In this document: positions 27,380-36,987 of the stretch, one piece after another | Layout of the letters: every line of letters starts with the position of its first letter | How positions within the stretch are numbered: position 1 is the stretch's first letter | NCBI GenBank assembly: GCA_035501775.1 | Contig: DATJVM010000064.1 | Coordinates: forward strand, 81,171-145,170 | Direction: 5' to 3' | Length of the DNA: 64,000 nt | From: Gemmatimonadales bacterium | Lineage (GTDB): Bacteria; Gemmatimonadota; Gemmatimonadetes; Gemmatimonadales; GWC2-71-9 | Position numbers and translations under genes: made by a program | The notes under the pieces: model-generated | Told to the model about the DNA's origin: nothing | The model's database searches: none | The model's input: only the letters and a program-made list of their open reading frames with translations

Positions 27380-29137
27380 TCATCGTTCCTCGACGGCCTC
27401 TTCCAGCTCCTCCTCCATTTCCTGGCGTCGCAACAGCTCCCAATACCTTCCCTGACAGGCCATCAGCGTCGGATGGGTTCCCTGTTCGACGATGAGACCG
27501 TCCTCGAGCACGATGATCCAGTCCGCGTCCCGGACGGCCGAGAGGCGGTGGGAAACGATGAGCCGGGTCTTGGCGGCGAGCACATCGCGGAGGCCGTTGA
27601 GGATCCGCATCTCGGTCTGGGCGTCGACCGCCGAGAGGGCGTCGTCGAGGACGAAGACCGGCGGATCCTGGGCCAGGGCGCGCGCGATGGCGGTCCGCTG
27701 ACGCTGCCCCCCGGAGAGATTCACTCCGCGCTCGCCAAGCATCGTCTTGAATCCGTCCGGCAGGTCGCCGAGCGCGCTGGACAGCTGGGACACCCGTGCC
27801 ACCCGCTCGAGGCGCCCGTCGTTTGGAGCACCGAGGAGGACGTTCGCCTCGAGGGTGTCGCTGAACAGAAAGGTCTCCTGGGGGACGTAGCCGACGGCGT
27901 GCCGCAGCTCGGCCAGGGAGAGGTCCCGCAGGTCGATCCCGTCCAGCAGGATGCGGCCCCGGTCGGGGTCATAGGCGCGCACGATGAGTTCCGCCAGCGA
28001 CGATTTGCCCGCGCCGGTCGCTCCGACGATGCCGAGCGATCCGCCGGCCGGCACCGTGAAGGAGATCTGCTGCAGGCCCCAGCCCCGTCCCGGCGCGTTG
28101 GGATAGCGAAACCAGACGTCCTGAAAGGCGAGGCTCCGCGCTCCGCCCGCGGGCGGGAGTGAGCGCGGAGCTGGCGGCGAGACGATGGCCGGCCTCGCCT
28201 GAAACAGTTCGTTCATGCGCCCCATCGAGGCCTCTCCGCGCTGGACCAGGTTGACCACCCAGCCCAGGGCGATCATCGGCCAGACCAGCATCACGAGATA
28301 GACGCCAAACGAGATGAACTTGCCGGTCGAAATGGTGCCCTGGATCACCAGCGCGCCCCCAACCCAGATCACGACCACGGCGCCGAGGCCGCCGAGAAGA
28401 GTGAGCAGCGGATGAAACGCGCCAGCGACGCGCGCCAGGGAGAGATTGCGGGCCGCATAGTCCGCGTTTATCGTCGTGAACCGCCCGGTTTCGGCCGCCT
28501 CCTGCCGGTAGGCGCGAACGATTCGCGCGCCTGACAGATTCTCGTGGACGGCACTGGTCAGTGTGGCGTAGGCGGCCTGGACGTGCAGCGTCCGCCGGTG
28601 AATGGCCTGGCCAAAGGCGGCCATGCCGAACGGGAGGGCCACCAGCGGGAGCAGGGCGAGGCCGGTGAGCTCGGGGCTGATGCGCAGCATGTAGGGAAGC
28701 ATGAGGGCCGCGCCCACCAGCGTATCCGACAGATACATCAGGGCCGGCCCCGCGACCATGCGGACGGCGAGCAGGTCGTTGGTGGCGCGGGCCATGATGT
28801 CGCCGGTCGCGTAGCGATCGTAGAATTCTGGTGAGAGCCGCTCGAGGTGAACGAACAGGCGATCCCGGAGATCCGTCTCGATCCGGCGACTCACACCGTT
28901 GAGCGTCTCGCGCATGACGTACCGGGCGATGCCGCTGGCCAGCGCGACCAGGAGAAGCATCAGGATCGCCCGGTGCACCTCGGGGATGCGGGAGGCGGAG
29001 AGCGCGTCGATGCCGCGCTGGAGGTACACCGGGCCAACGGCGCGGAAGTAGTTGGACACGACAACGCACCCCATGCCCACCGCGAAGACGGGCCAGTAGG
29101 GGCGGGCGTAGGGCAGGAGCCGGCGCAGTTGTACCAT
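27380..29137 (-). CDS. ABC exporter, fused permease/ATPase (MsbA/multidrug-like)
   Basis: Six-TM N-domain, Walker A GATGAGKSS, signature LSGGQRQR, Walker B VFVLDDALS. 585 aa. Confidence 0.9.
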   Translation of the reverse strand: MVQLRRLLPYARPYWPVFAVGMGCVVVSNYFRAVGPVYLQRGIDALSASRIPEVHRAILMLLLVALASGIARYVMRETLNGVSRRIETDLRDRLFVHLERLSPEFYDRYATGDIMARATNDLLAVRMVAGPALMYLSDTLVGAALMLPYMLRISPELTGLALLPLVALPFGMAAFGQAIHRRTLHVQAAYATLTSAVHENLSGARIVRAYRQEAAETGRFTTINADYAARNLSLARVAGAFHPLLTLLGGLGAVVVIWVGGALVIQGTISTGKFISFGVYLVMLVWPMIALGWVVNLVQRGEASMGRMNELFQARPAIVSPPAPRSLPPAGGARSLAFQDVWFRYPNAPGRGWGLQQISFTVPAGGSLGIVGATGAGKSSLAELIVRAYDPDRGRILLDGIDLRDLSLAELRHAVGYVPQETFLFSDTLEANVLLGAPNDGRLERVARVSQLSSALGDLPDGFKTMLGERGVNLSGGQRQRTAIARALAQDPPVFVLDDALSAVDAQTEMRILNGLRDVLAAKTRLIVSHRLSAVRDADWIIVLEDGLIVEQGTHPTLMACQGRYWELLRRQEMEEELEEAVEER

Positions 29138-29197
29138 GGGAGTGCAATGTGGCTGGGCGAGGAGAGCCCGGGCAAGTCACCGACGGAGGGACAGGGT

Positions 29198-30031
29198 ATG
29201 ACGAGGACAATGACCGCCGCGCTGACGCTGGCGGTGATGGCATGTGGCGGCCGGGGTGAGCCGCAGCGGGCCACAGCGGACAGCCTGCAGCGCGACCTGC
29301 AGCTCGCCCCCGCGGATTCCAACGTCGCGATCAACGACCGGCCGGCGGCCGAGCCGAGCCCACCCCCCACCCCCGCGCCAGCCGAGCCGAAGCCTGAGCC
29401 GGCGCCGCGGCCGCGGCCCAAGGCGAGGGAATCGGCGCCCAAGCCGACTCCGGCGGCCGCCCCAACCCCGGCGCCGGCCCCCCCACCCAAGCCGATGCCC
29501 GTGACTGTGACGAGCGGTTCCGTCATCACGGCCACCGCCGAAGACAGCCTCCATTCGCGCCACGACAAGGCGGGGCGGCTCTTCCGCGCGGCCATCAGTC
29601 AGGACGTGACCGACGCGAAGGGCCGGGTGGCTATTCCGGCCGGTTCGGTCGTGACCTTCCGGGTGGCGCAGATCGAGGCCGCCGGCAACAAGAGCGAAAA
29701 GGACGGCAAGCTGGTGCTTCAGGCCCAATCTGTTTCCATCAACGGGCAGGACGTCCCGATCTCCGGCACCGCCGATCAGACCACCGTGGAGCACACCCTG
29801 CAGGGTCAGGGGGTGACGGCCGGTGGTGCGCTGCGGGTGGGCGGCGGGGCGGCGGCAGGCGCGATCCTGGGCAAGGTGCTCGGTGGGAAGACTGGCGCCA
29901 TTATCGGCGGTGTGGCCGGGGCCGCCGGCGGAGCGGCGGCGGCGGCACATACCGCGGACCGCGACGTCGTCGTACACCCGGGAGGGAAGGTGAGCTTCAC
30001 GCTGGGGTCCGACTTCAGCATCACTCCCTGA
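29198..30031 (+). CDS. Lipoprotein with Pro-rich linker and C-terminal glycine-zipper segment
   Basis: Lipobox LAVMAC. Linker PPPTPAPAEPKPEPAPRPRPK. C-terminal GAILGKVLGGKTGAIIGGVAGAAGGAAAAA. ORF 28847..30031 trimmed to the ATG at 29198. Confidence 0.65.
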   Translation: MTRTMTAALTLAVMACGGRGEPQRATADSLQRDLQLAPADSNVAINDRPAAEPSPPPTPAPAEPKPEPAPRPRPKARESAPKPTPAAAPTPAPAPPPKPMPVTVTSGSVITATAEDSLHSRHDKAGRLFRAAISQDVTDAKGRVAIPAGSVVTFRVAQIEAAGNKSEKDGKLVLQAQSVSINGQDVPISGTADQTTVEHTLQGQGVTAGGALRVGGGAAAGAILGKVLGGKTGAIIGGVAGAAGGAAAAAHTADRDVVVHPGGKVSFTLGSDFSITP

Positions 30032-30073
30032 CGTCGAGGGTGGCCGGGGTGAGGCACCTGCCCCGGCCATCCC

Positions 30074-31849
30074 TCAGTACCCTGCTCCTCCGCCCCCGCC
30101 GCGCGGGTCCGAGACTCCCTCCCAGCCCTGCGATGTCCGGATGATCGCCTCGACGTCGCCCCAGTGGGGGCGGAATTCGATCTTGTGCCCCATCGCCTGC
30201 AGCGTGTCGATGGTGGCTGCTTGGAATCCGTCCCGCTCCAGGCGGATCGCATCGGGCAGCCCTTGATGATGCAGCCTGGGGGCGGCCACGGCGTCCGCGA
30301 GGGCCATTCGGTGGTCGATCACGTTGGAGATCACGTGGTAGACCTGCGTTATGATCGTGGGGCCGCCCGGAGTGCCGACCACCAGAAACAGCTTGCCGGT
30401 TGAATCGACCACGAGGCTCGGCGTCATGGCAGAAAGCATGCGCTTGCCGGGTTGGATCGCGTTTGCCTCGCCCTGTACGAGGCCGTAGAGATTCGGCTTC
30501 CCCGGCGCGGTGGCGAAATCGTCCATCTCGTCGTTGAGGAGGAAGCCGGCGCCGCCCACGGCGACGGCGCTGCCGTAACTGTCGTTGAGCGTCGTGGTGC
30601 AGCTGACCGCATTCCCCGCGGAGTCGACCACGGAGTAGTGCGTGGTGGAGTTGCCGTCCCGGAGCTCCGGGTTGAACGGCGGCGTGGGGGTCGCCCGCGA
30701 GAGGTTGATCTGTCCGCGGAGAGACGCCGCGTATTGCTTGGAGAGCAGGCGCTCGAGTGGCATCTTCACGAAGGCGGGGTCTCCCAGAAACTCATTTCGA
30801 TCGGTGAATGCGCGGCGCATCGCCTCCGCTTCCCGATGCAGCAGGGCAGGCGTCCCGAACTCCGGCAGCGGGCCGAACCCCTCCATGATGTTGAGAATGA
30901 GCGCCAGCGTCACGCCGCCACTGGAGGAGGGCGGCATCGAGTAGACCGTATCACCGCGATAGCTGATCCGGATCGGGTCGCGCCAGACGGGGCGGTACCC
31001 GGCCAGGTCGGTCCGGGTGATGATTCCGCCGCCGCGGTGCATCTCGGCGACGATCGAGTCCGCCACCCATCCACCGTAGAACCCGTCCACGCCGCGATCC
31101 CGGATGGCGGTGAGCGTCCGGGCCAGGTCGTGCTGCACCCAGAGGCTGCCGGCGGGCGGCGTGAGACCTTCCGAGTTCAGGAAGTAGCGCCGCGTGGACG
31201 GATAGGTATAGAACCATCCACGGTACGCGTCGAGAGAGCGGCTGCGGTGCTCGTCCACGACAAAGCCGTCCTCGGCGAGGTGGATGGCCGGCGCAATGAC
31301 CTGGGTCAGCGGGAGTCGGCCGTAGCGGTGCAGGGCCTCGAGGAGGCCGGCCACCGAACCCGGTACCCCGACCGACAGGTGCCCCTTGGTCGAGAGCAGG
31401 GTCGGCTCGCCCTGGCGGTTCTGGAACATGTTGCGGGTCGCGTGGCCGGGAGCGGTTTCGCGGTAGTCGAGCGCGGTCGTTGCCCCGTCTGCCAGGCGGA
31501 TCAGCATGAATCCGCCACCGCCGATGTTGCCCGCCTCAGGATGCACCACGGCCAGCGCGAACCCGACCGCCACCGCGGCGTCGACCGCGTTGCCGCCCGC
31601 TCTCAGGATGTCGCGTCCCACCTCGCTCGCGATCGGGCTGCCCGACACCACCATGGCACTGGTGCCCCGGGTGACGCGTGCCTGCCCGAGATAGGGCCAG
31701 GCGGCGTTGATGCCGCCCGCCCGCGCGGCCGAGGCGGGCGCCGGGAGGCGGCGGGCACAGGCCTGGAGGAGGGTGAGGCCAAGAAGAGCGAAGGACAGGA
31801 AGCGGCGCACTGACAACCTCACGGGGGTGGAGGAGTAGATTGCTCCCAA
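30074..31849 (-). CDS. ggt: Gamma-glutamyltransferase
   Basis: Autoprocessing/nucleophile region NSTTHYSVVDSAGNAVSCTTTLNDSYGS, GFLLNDEMDDF and GTPGGPTIIT. 591 aa. The exact start is uncertain. Confidence 0.9.
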   Translation of the reverse strand: MGAIYSSTPVRLSVRRFLSFALLGLTLLQACARRLPAPASAARAGGINAAWPYLGQARVTRGTSAMVVSGSPIASEVGRDILRAGGNAVDAAVAVGFALAVVHPEAGNIGGGGFMLIRLADGATTALDYRETAPGHATRNMFQNRQGEPTLLSTKGHLSVGVPGSVAGLLEALHRYGRLPLTQVIAPAIHLAEDGFVVDEHRSRSLDAYRGWFYTYPSTRRYFLNSEGLTPPAGSLWVQHDLARTLTAIRDRGVDGFYGGWVADSIVAEMHRGGGIITRTDLAGYRPVWRDPIRISYRGDTVYSMPPSSSGGVTLALILNIMEGFGPLPEFGTPALLHREAEAMRRAFTDRNEFLGDPAFVKMPLERLLSKQYAASLRGQINLSRATPTPPFNPELRDGNSTTHYSVVDSAGNAVSCTTTLNDSYGSAVAVGGAGFLLNDEMDDFATAPGKPNLYGLVQGEANAIQPGKRMLSAMTPSLVVDSTGKLFLVVGTPGGPTIITQVYHVISNVIDHRMALADAVAAPRLHHQGLPDAIRLERDGFQAATIDTLQAMGHKIEFRPHWGDVEAIIRTSQGWEGVSDPRGGGGGAGY

Positions 31850-31893
31850 TGACCCGAAGCCCCTAATTTAGGGCCCGCTCCCCCCGGGAACCA

Positions 31894-32820
31894 ATGACCG
31901 AGTCCTATCGCGACCCGCGACTCACCGAGCGGCGGAATCCGCGGACCGCGTCTATCGATCGTGCCGCGAGCCTCGAGATCGTGGATCTGATGGCGGCCGA
32001 AGATGCCACGGTCCCGGGCATCGTCGCCGGGGCTCGACTCGAGATCGCACGCGCCATCGATCTGATCGAAGGCGCCTTCCGCGCCGGGGGCCGGCTCTAC
32101 TACGTGGGGGCGGGGACCAGCGGTCGGCTCGGCGTCCTCGATGCGGCGGAGTGTCCCCCGACCTTCGGTACCGACCCCGGACTGGTGAGTGGCATCATCG
32201 CCGGCGGTGCCAAGGCGCTCCTCCGATCCGTGGAAGGGGCGGAAGACGATGTGAACGCCGGGATCACCGAGATGGACACCCAGGGGGTCGGCCCGCGTGA
32301 CGTCGTCATCGGGATCGCGGCGAGCGGCACCACGCCCTTCGTCCGGGCAGCGCTGGGCCGGGCGCAAGCCCTCGGCGCGGGTACGGGCCTGGTTACCTGC
32401 GTCGAGCCACCGGCCGGCCTGCGGGAGACGTGTGACGTCTGCATTGCCCTGCTGGTCGGCCCGGAGGTTATCACGGGATCGACTCGGCTCAAGGCCGGCA
32501 CCGCGACCAAGCTCACGCTCAACATGCTCACCACCGGGGCGATGATCCGCCTCGGAAAGACCTATGGCAACCTGATGGTCGACCTCCAGGCCACCAACGC
32601 GAAGCTGGCCGATCGCAGCGAGCGGATCCTGATGGAAGTCGCTGGCCTGGGGCGCGAGGGGGCCAAACGGGCCCTTGAAAGCGCGGGCGGCCGGGTGAAG
32701 GTGGCCATCGTGATGGCGAAGCGACGCGTGGACCGCACCGAGGCCGAGCACCTGCTCGACCAGCACCGAGGTCATCTGCGGGCGATTGTCGGCGACCCGC
32801 CCGCCGTCCCGCTCGCATGA
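31894..32820 (+). CDS. murQ: N-acetylmuramic acid 6-phosphate etherase
   Basis: SIS-domain motif GAGTSGRLGVLDAAECPPTFG, plus STRLKAGTATK. 308 aa. Confidence 0.9.
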   Translation: MTESYRDPRLTERRNPRTASIDRAASLEIVDLMAAEDATVPGIVAGARLEIARAIDLIEGAFRAGGRLYYVGAGTSGRLGVLDAAECPPTFGTDPGLVSGIIAGGAKALLRSVEGAEDDVNAGITEMDTQGVGPRDVVIGIAASGTTPFVRAALGRAQALGAGTGLVTCVEPPAGLRETCDVCIALLVGPEVITGSTRLKAGTATKLTLNMLTTGAMIRLGKTYGNLMVDLQATNAKLADRSERILMEVAGLGREGAKRALESAGGRVKVAIVMAKRRVDRTEAEHLLDQHRGHLRAIVGDPPAVPLA

Positions 32821-33923
32821 GCGAACGCCCGACCCTGGCGGTGGGGCTCATGAGCGGTACGTCACTCGACGGTGTCGATGCGGCGCTGGTCCGTTTTGCC
32901 GGCCCCACCCATTGCGACCTGGTGCACTTTCTCACCCGCCCCTACAACCCCGAGGAGCGCGACCAGTTGCTCACCGCGATGGCCTCGGGCCGCCCACGCG
33001 AGCTGGCGCTGCTGCACGTGCACGCCGCCGCGTGGGCCGCCGAGGCGGTTGAGGCGCTGCTCGCGGAGGCCCGCGTCCGTCCTGCCGAGCTCGCGTTCAT
33101 CGCGATGCATGGGCAGACCGTCTGGCATGAACCGCCCGCGGTGAGCTGGCAGCTTGGAGAACCGGCGATCCTGGCCGAGCGCTTCGGCGTGCGGGTCGTG
33201 AGCAACTTCCGCGCGCGCGATGTGGCCGCGGGGGGGCAGGGGGCTCCCCTCGTGCCCGCGGCGGATGTTCTGCTCTTTGGTGCCGACGCGCCCCGGATTC
33301 TGCTCAACGTGGGCGGGATGGCGAACCTGACCTACGTGCCGCGTCGTTCCTCCGAGGAGGGGGCGTTCGCGTTCGACACCGGGCCGGGGGTGGCGCTCAT
33401 CGATGCCGTGGCCCGGTTGGTCGACCCGTCCCTCACCTGTGACCGGGACGGCGTGCTCGCCGAGCGCGGGCGAACCGATGAGGCCCTGCTGCACGATCTG
33501 TTGGGCGATCCCTTCTTCGCCGCGCCGCCCCCCAAGAGCACCGGACGAGAACACTTCGGAACCGCGCTGGCCGAACGGATCCATCGTCAGGCGCCGGGCC
33601 CCGATGGCGTTACCACGGCGGTGGAGCTTACCGCGCGGAGCATCGTGGGGGCGATCGAACGCTGGGTGCCCGGGGCGCCGGAGGTCGTGGCCTCGGGCGG
33701 CGGCATGCGGCATCCCGTCCTGGCGTCGCGCCTCGGCCTGCTGCTTCGCTCTCACGGTCAGGCGCTCCGGTCGTTCGACCAGCTTTACTTCACGGGCGAC
33801 GCCAAGGAGGCGGTCGCCTTTGCTCTCCTCGGCTATCTCACCGTGCACGGTCAACCCGGCAATCTCCCCCGGGCCACAGGGGCCCTGGGGCACCGCGTTC
33901 TGGGCCAGATCACCCCGGCATGA
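32817..33923 (+). CDS. anmK: Anhydro-N-acetylmuramic acid kinase
   Basis: GLMSGTSLDGVDAAL N-terminus and NVGGMANLT. ATGA overlap with murQ. 368 aa. Confidence 0.9.
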   Translation: MSERPTLAVGLMSGTSLDGVDAALVRFAGPTHCDLVHFLTRPYNPEERDQLLTAMASGRPRELALLHVHAAAWAAEAVEALLAEARVRPAELAFIAMHGQTVWHEPPAVSWQLGEPAILAERFGVRVVSNFRARDVAAGGQGAPLVPAADVLLFGADAPRILLNVGGMANLTYVPRRSSEEGAFAFDTGPGVALIDAVARLVDPSLTCDRDGVLAERGRTDEALLHDLLGDPFFAAPPPKSTGREHFGTALAERIHRQAPGPDGVTTAVELTARSIVGAIERWVPGAPEVVASGGGMRHPVLASRLGLLLRSHGQALRSFDQLYFTGDAKEAVAFALLGYLTVHGQPGNLPRATGALGHRVLGQITPA

Positions 33924-35356
33924 ATCCCATGCGTCTCGTGCTGCCTGCGCTTCGCTGGCGGGCGGAGACCGGCTTCTTGCACGAGGACCGCGCCATCGAT
34001 CTCGCACTCGAGGCCGGTGTGGGTGGATTCATCGTCTTCGGGGTGGGCGGCGCCCGCGCGGACGAGATTGGACGCCTCACCGAGGAGGTCCGGCACCGGG
34101 CGGGGCGCCCGCTGCTGATCGGCGCCGACCTCGAGCGGGGCGCGGGCCAGCAGGCGAGGCGCCTCACGGAGATCCCGCCGCCCGGCGCGCTCGGGTCCCT
34201 TGGGGACCCCGCGGTGATCGAGTGGGCGGGAGCGACCACGGCCCGGGAGGCAAGACGGATCGGCATCAACTGGGTGTTCGCTCCGGTGGCGGATCTCGAT
34301 CTCGAGCCGGAGAACCCGATCGTGCAGAGCCGGTCGTTCGGGGCATCTCCAGCCGAGGTCGGGGCCGCGGTGGCGACGTGGACCCGTGCGGCCCAGCGGG
34401 AAGGCGTGCTGGCCTGCGCCAAGCATTACCCCGGGCATGGCCGGACCCGCCTCGATTCCCACCACACCGTCCCCTCGGTGACAGTGCCGCTCGAGGCTCT
34501 GGAGCAGAGCGACCTCGAGCCGTTCCGGGCCGCGGTGGCTGCCGGCGTTGCCTCGGTGATGACCGCGCACGTGGCCTTTCCGGCCTGGGACCCCAGCGGT
34601 GTTCCCGCCACGCGGTCCCGGGTGATCCTCAACTACCTGCGGCGCGTGCTCAATTTCGATGGCCTGATCGTCACCGACGCGCTGATCATGGGTGGAGCCC
34701 AAGCCGATGGTGGTGCCGGCGCTGGAGCCCGAGACGCCCTGATGGCGGGCTGCGATCTCCTGCTCTACCCTCCGGATCCCGCGGCCCTGCGGCAGGTGCT
34801 AGACGAGGCTCTGGCTGCGAGCGAGGTGGGGCTGGGTCGGTTGGAGGATGCGCTCGCCCGCTACGAGCGGGCGCTGGCGGTCGCCTTCGCGGGTCCAGAT
34901 CCTGGCACTCCCCCCGACCTCTCGACGCTAACTGCCGCGAGGGTTGCCGACCTGCTGCTCGAGCGAGGCCTGTTGCGCGGCTCCGCCCCCGACCTGGGGG
35001 CGGAGATCGAACTGATCGAGCTCGACGACGACGTCGGCGGATGGTTCCCACCCGGACCGAGCGACCTGGTGCGGCGCGCCCTCGGGCGGGAGCGCATCGT
35101 AGACCACCACGGCGGGAAGCTGGTGGTGCTGGCCTTCGCCGAGCCGCGTGCCGCCAAGGGGCGGGCGGGCTTCTCGCCGGAGACGCGGGCCCGGCTGGCG
35201 GCGGTTCTGCCCCGTGCGGTGCTGCTGGTGCTGTTCGGGCATCCGCGCCTCGCGCGTGAGCTGCCGGGGGAGTGCCCCATCCTGGGCGCGTGGCATCGTC
35301 AGCCGCTCATGCAGGAGGCGGTGTCGCGGTGGATCGCCCGCCGGATGCAGCGGTGA
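33920..35356 (+). CDS. nagZ: Beta-N-acetylhexosaminidase (GH3, NagZ-like, with C-terminal extension)
   Basis: GH3 motifs KHYPGHGRT..DSH, LIVTDAL and RRIGINWVFAPVADL. ATGA overlap with anmK. Confidence 0.85.
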   Translation: MNPMRLVLPALRWRAETGFLHEDRAIDLALEAGVGGFIVFGVGGARADEIGRLTEEVRHRAGRPLLIGADLERGAGQQARRLTEIPPPGALGSLGDPAVIEWAGATTAREARRIGINWVFAPVADLDLEPENPIVQSRSFGASPAEVGAAVATWTRAAQREGVLACAKHYPGHGRTRLDSHHTVPSVTVPLEALEQSDLEPFRAAVAAGVASVMTAHVAFPAWDPSGVPATRSRVILNYLRRVLNFDGLIVTDALIMGGAQADGGAGAGARDALMAGCDLLLYPPDPAALRQVLDEALAASEVGLGRLEDALARYERALAVAFAGPDPGTPPDLSTLTAARVADLLLERGLLRGSAPDLGAEIELIELDDDVGGWFPPGPSDLVRRALGRERIVDHHGGKLVVLAFAEPRAAKGRAGFSPETRARLAAVLPRAVLLVLFGHPRLARELPGECPILGAWHRQPLMQEAVSRWIARRMQR

Positions 35357-36987
35357 CGGCGCTCGACTGGGTAGTGGTCGGCGCATACATCGCGATGAGT
35401 CTGGCGCTCGGGCTCTGGGTCGCGCGCCGGGGCGCGCGTAACCTGGCGGAGTTCTTCGTGGGCGGCCGGGCCATTCCGTGGTGGCTGGCGGCGACCTCCA
35501 TGGCGGCGACGACGTTCAACGTCGATACCCCGCTCTACGTGGCCGGGCGCGTGGCCCGGGCGGGCGTGGCGGGCAACTGGGAGTGGTGGTGCTTCGCCTT
35601 TGCCCACGTGCTGCTGGCGGTGATGCTGGCCAAGCTCTGGCGGCGCGCCAGCGTCGTGACCGATCTGGAGCTGATCGAGCTCAGGTACGACGGGCCTCCG
35701 GCAGCCTTCCTCCGGGGGTTCCGCGCCTTCCTCTTCGCCGTGCCCCTCAATTGCATCTCGATCGGCTACGCCATGCTCGCCCTCCGGAAGGTGGCCGCCG
35801 GGCTCGGCCTGTTCGAGGGGCTGCACGGACTTCCCGGCGACCCCCGCCTCTGGGCGCTGATGCCGATCGTCGTTGTGACGCTCACCTATACCGCCGTGGC
35901 CGGCCTCTGGGGGGTCGTGGTCACCGATCTACTGCAGTACATCCTGGCCATGCTGGGCGCCCTCCTCGTCATGGGGTACGCGCTCCGCGAGGTAGGCGGG
36001 CTCCATGCGCTCACCGCAGACCTCCGGGCCGCCGGCCAGGGAGCCCACCTCCAGCTGGTGCCGCATGGGGAAGACGCGCTGCTGCCGCTGAGCACCATGC
36101 TGGGATACCTGTTCATCCAGTGGTGGGCGTTCCGAAACAGCGACGGGGGGGGAATGTTCGTCCAGCGGCTCTCCGCCACGGCCGACGAGCGGGAAGCCGC
36201 ACGTGCCTCGCACCTGTTCAACGTCCTCAACTACGTGGTGCGCACCTGGCCGTGGGTTCTGGTCGGCCTGGCCGCGCTGGTGCTTCTCCCCGGGCTCAAG
36301 GACCCGGAGCTGGCTTACCCTCTGTTGATGCGGCGCTATCTCCCGCCCGGAGTGCTGGGCCTGGTCTTCGCGAGCCTGGTCGCCGCCTTCATGTCCTCCG
36401 TCTCGACCCAGATCAACTGGGGCGCCAGCTATCTGGTGAACGATCTCTACGGACGCTTTGCCAGGGTGCGCGATGAGCGCAAGCTGCTCGCCGCCGCCCG
36501 TCTGGCGTCGGTGGTGCTCACGCTGCTCGCGGCCACGCTGTCGTTCTTCATGGATGATGTCGGTCAGGTCTTTCGCTTCCTGATCCTGATCGGCAATGGT
36601 CCGGGGCTGGTGCTGCTGTTGCGCTGGTTCTGGTGGCGCATCAATGCCTGGGCCGAAATTGCGGCCATGGCGGCGTCGCCGGTATTCGCGCTGGTCAGCT
36701 TCTGGCCGGGCTTCGAGGGCGCCACCTTCGGGGCCCGCATCGCGTGGACGGCCCTGGGCACGATGGCGGTCTGGGTTCCCGTAATGCTCTGGACCCAGCC
36801 GGAGCGCCCGGAGGTGCTGGAACGGTTCTACCGGCGGGTTCGCCCCGGCGGGGCGTGGGGGCCGCAGGCCGCGGCGACCGGCCTGGCTCCCCTCGACCGG
36901 CTCAGCCGGGATCTCGGACGATGGTTGGTCGCGTGCGCGGTGCTGCTGGCAGGGATGCTTGGCGTGGGTGCGCTCCTACTGCGATAG
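35353..36987 (+). CDS. Sodium:solute symporter (SSF) family transporter
   Basis: About 13 hydrophobic helices and the N-terminal pattern DWVVVGAYIAMSLALGLWVARRGARNLAEFFVGGRAIPWW, typical of SSF. GTG start overlaps the nagZ stop (GTGA). Confidence 0.8.
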   Translation: MTALDWVVVGAYIAMSLALGLWVARRGARNLAEFFVGGRAIPWWLAATSMAATTFNVDTPLYVAGRVARAGVAGNWEWWCFAFAHVLLAVMLAKLWRRASVVTDLELIELRYDGPPAAFLRGFRAFLFAVPLNCISIGYAMLALRKVAAGLGLFEGLHGLPGDPRLWALMPIVVVTLTYTAVAGLWGVVVTDLLQYILAMLGALLVMGYALREVGGLHALTADLRAAGQGAHLQLVPHGEDALLPLSTMLGYLFIQWWAFRNSDGGGMFVQRLSATADEREAARASHLFNVLNYVVRTWPWVLVGLAALVLLPGLKDPELAYPLLMRRYLPPGVLGLVFASLVAAFMSSVSTQINWGASYLVNDLYGRFARVRDERKLLAAARLASVVLTLLAATLSFFMDDVGQVFRFLILIGNGPGLVLLLRWFWWRINAWAEIAAMAASPVFALVSFWPGFEGATFGARIAWTALGTMAVWVPVMLWTQPERPEVLERFYRRVRPGGAWGPQAAATGLAPLDRLSRDLGRWLVACAVLLAGMLGVGALLLR

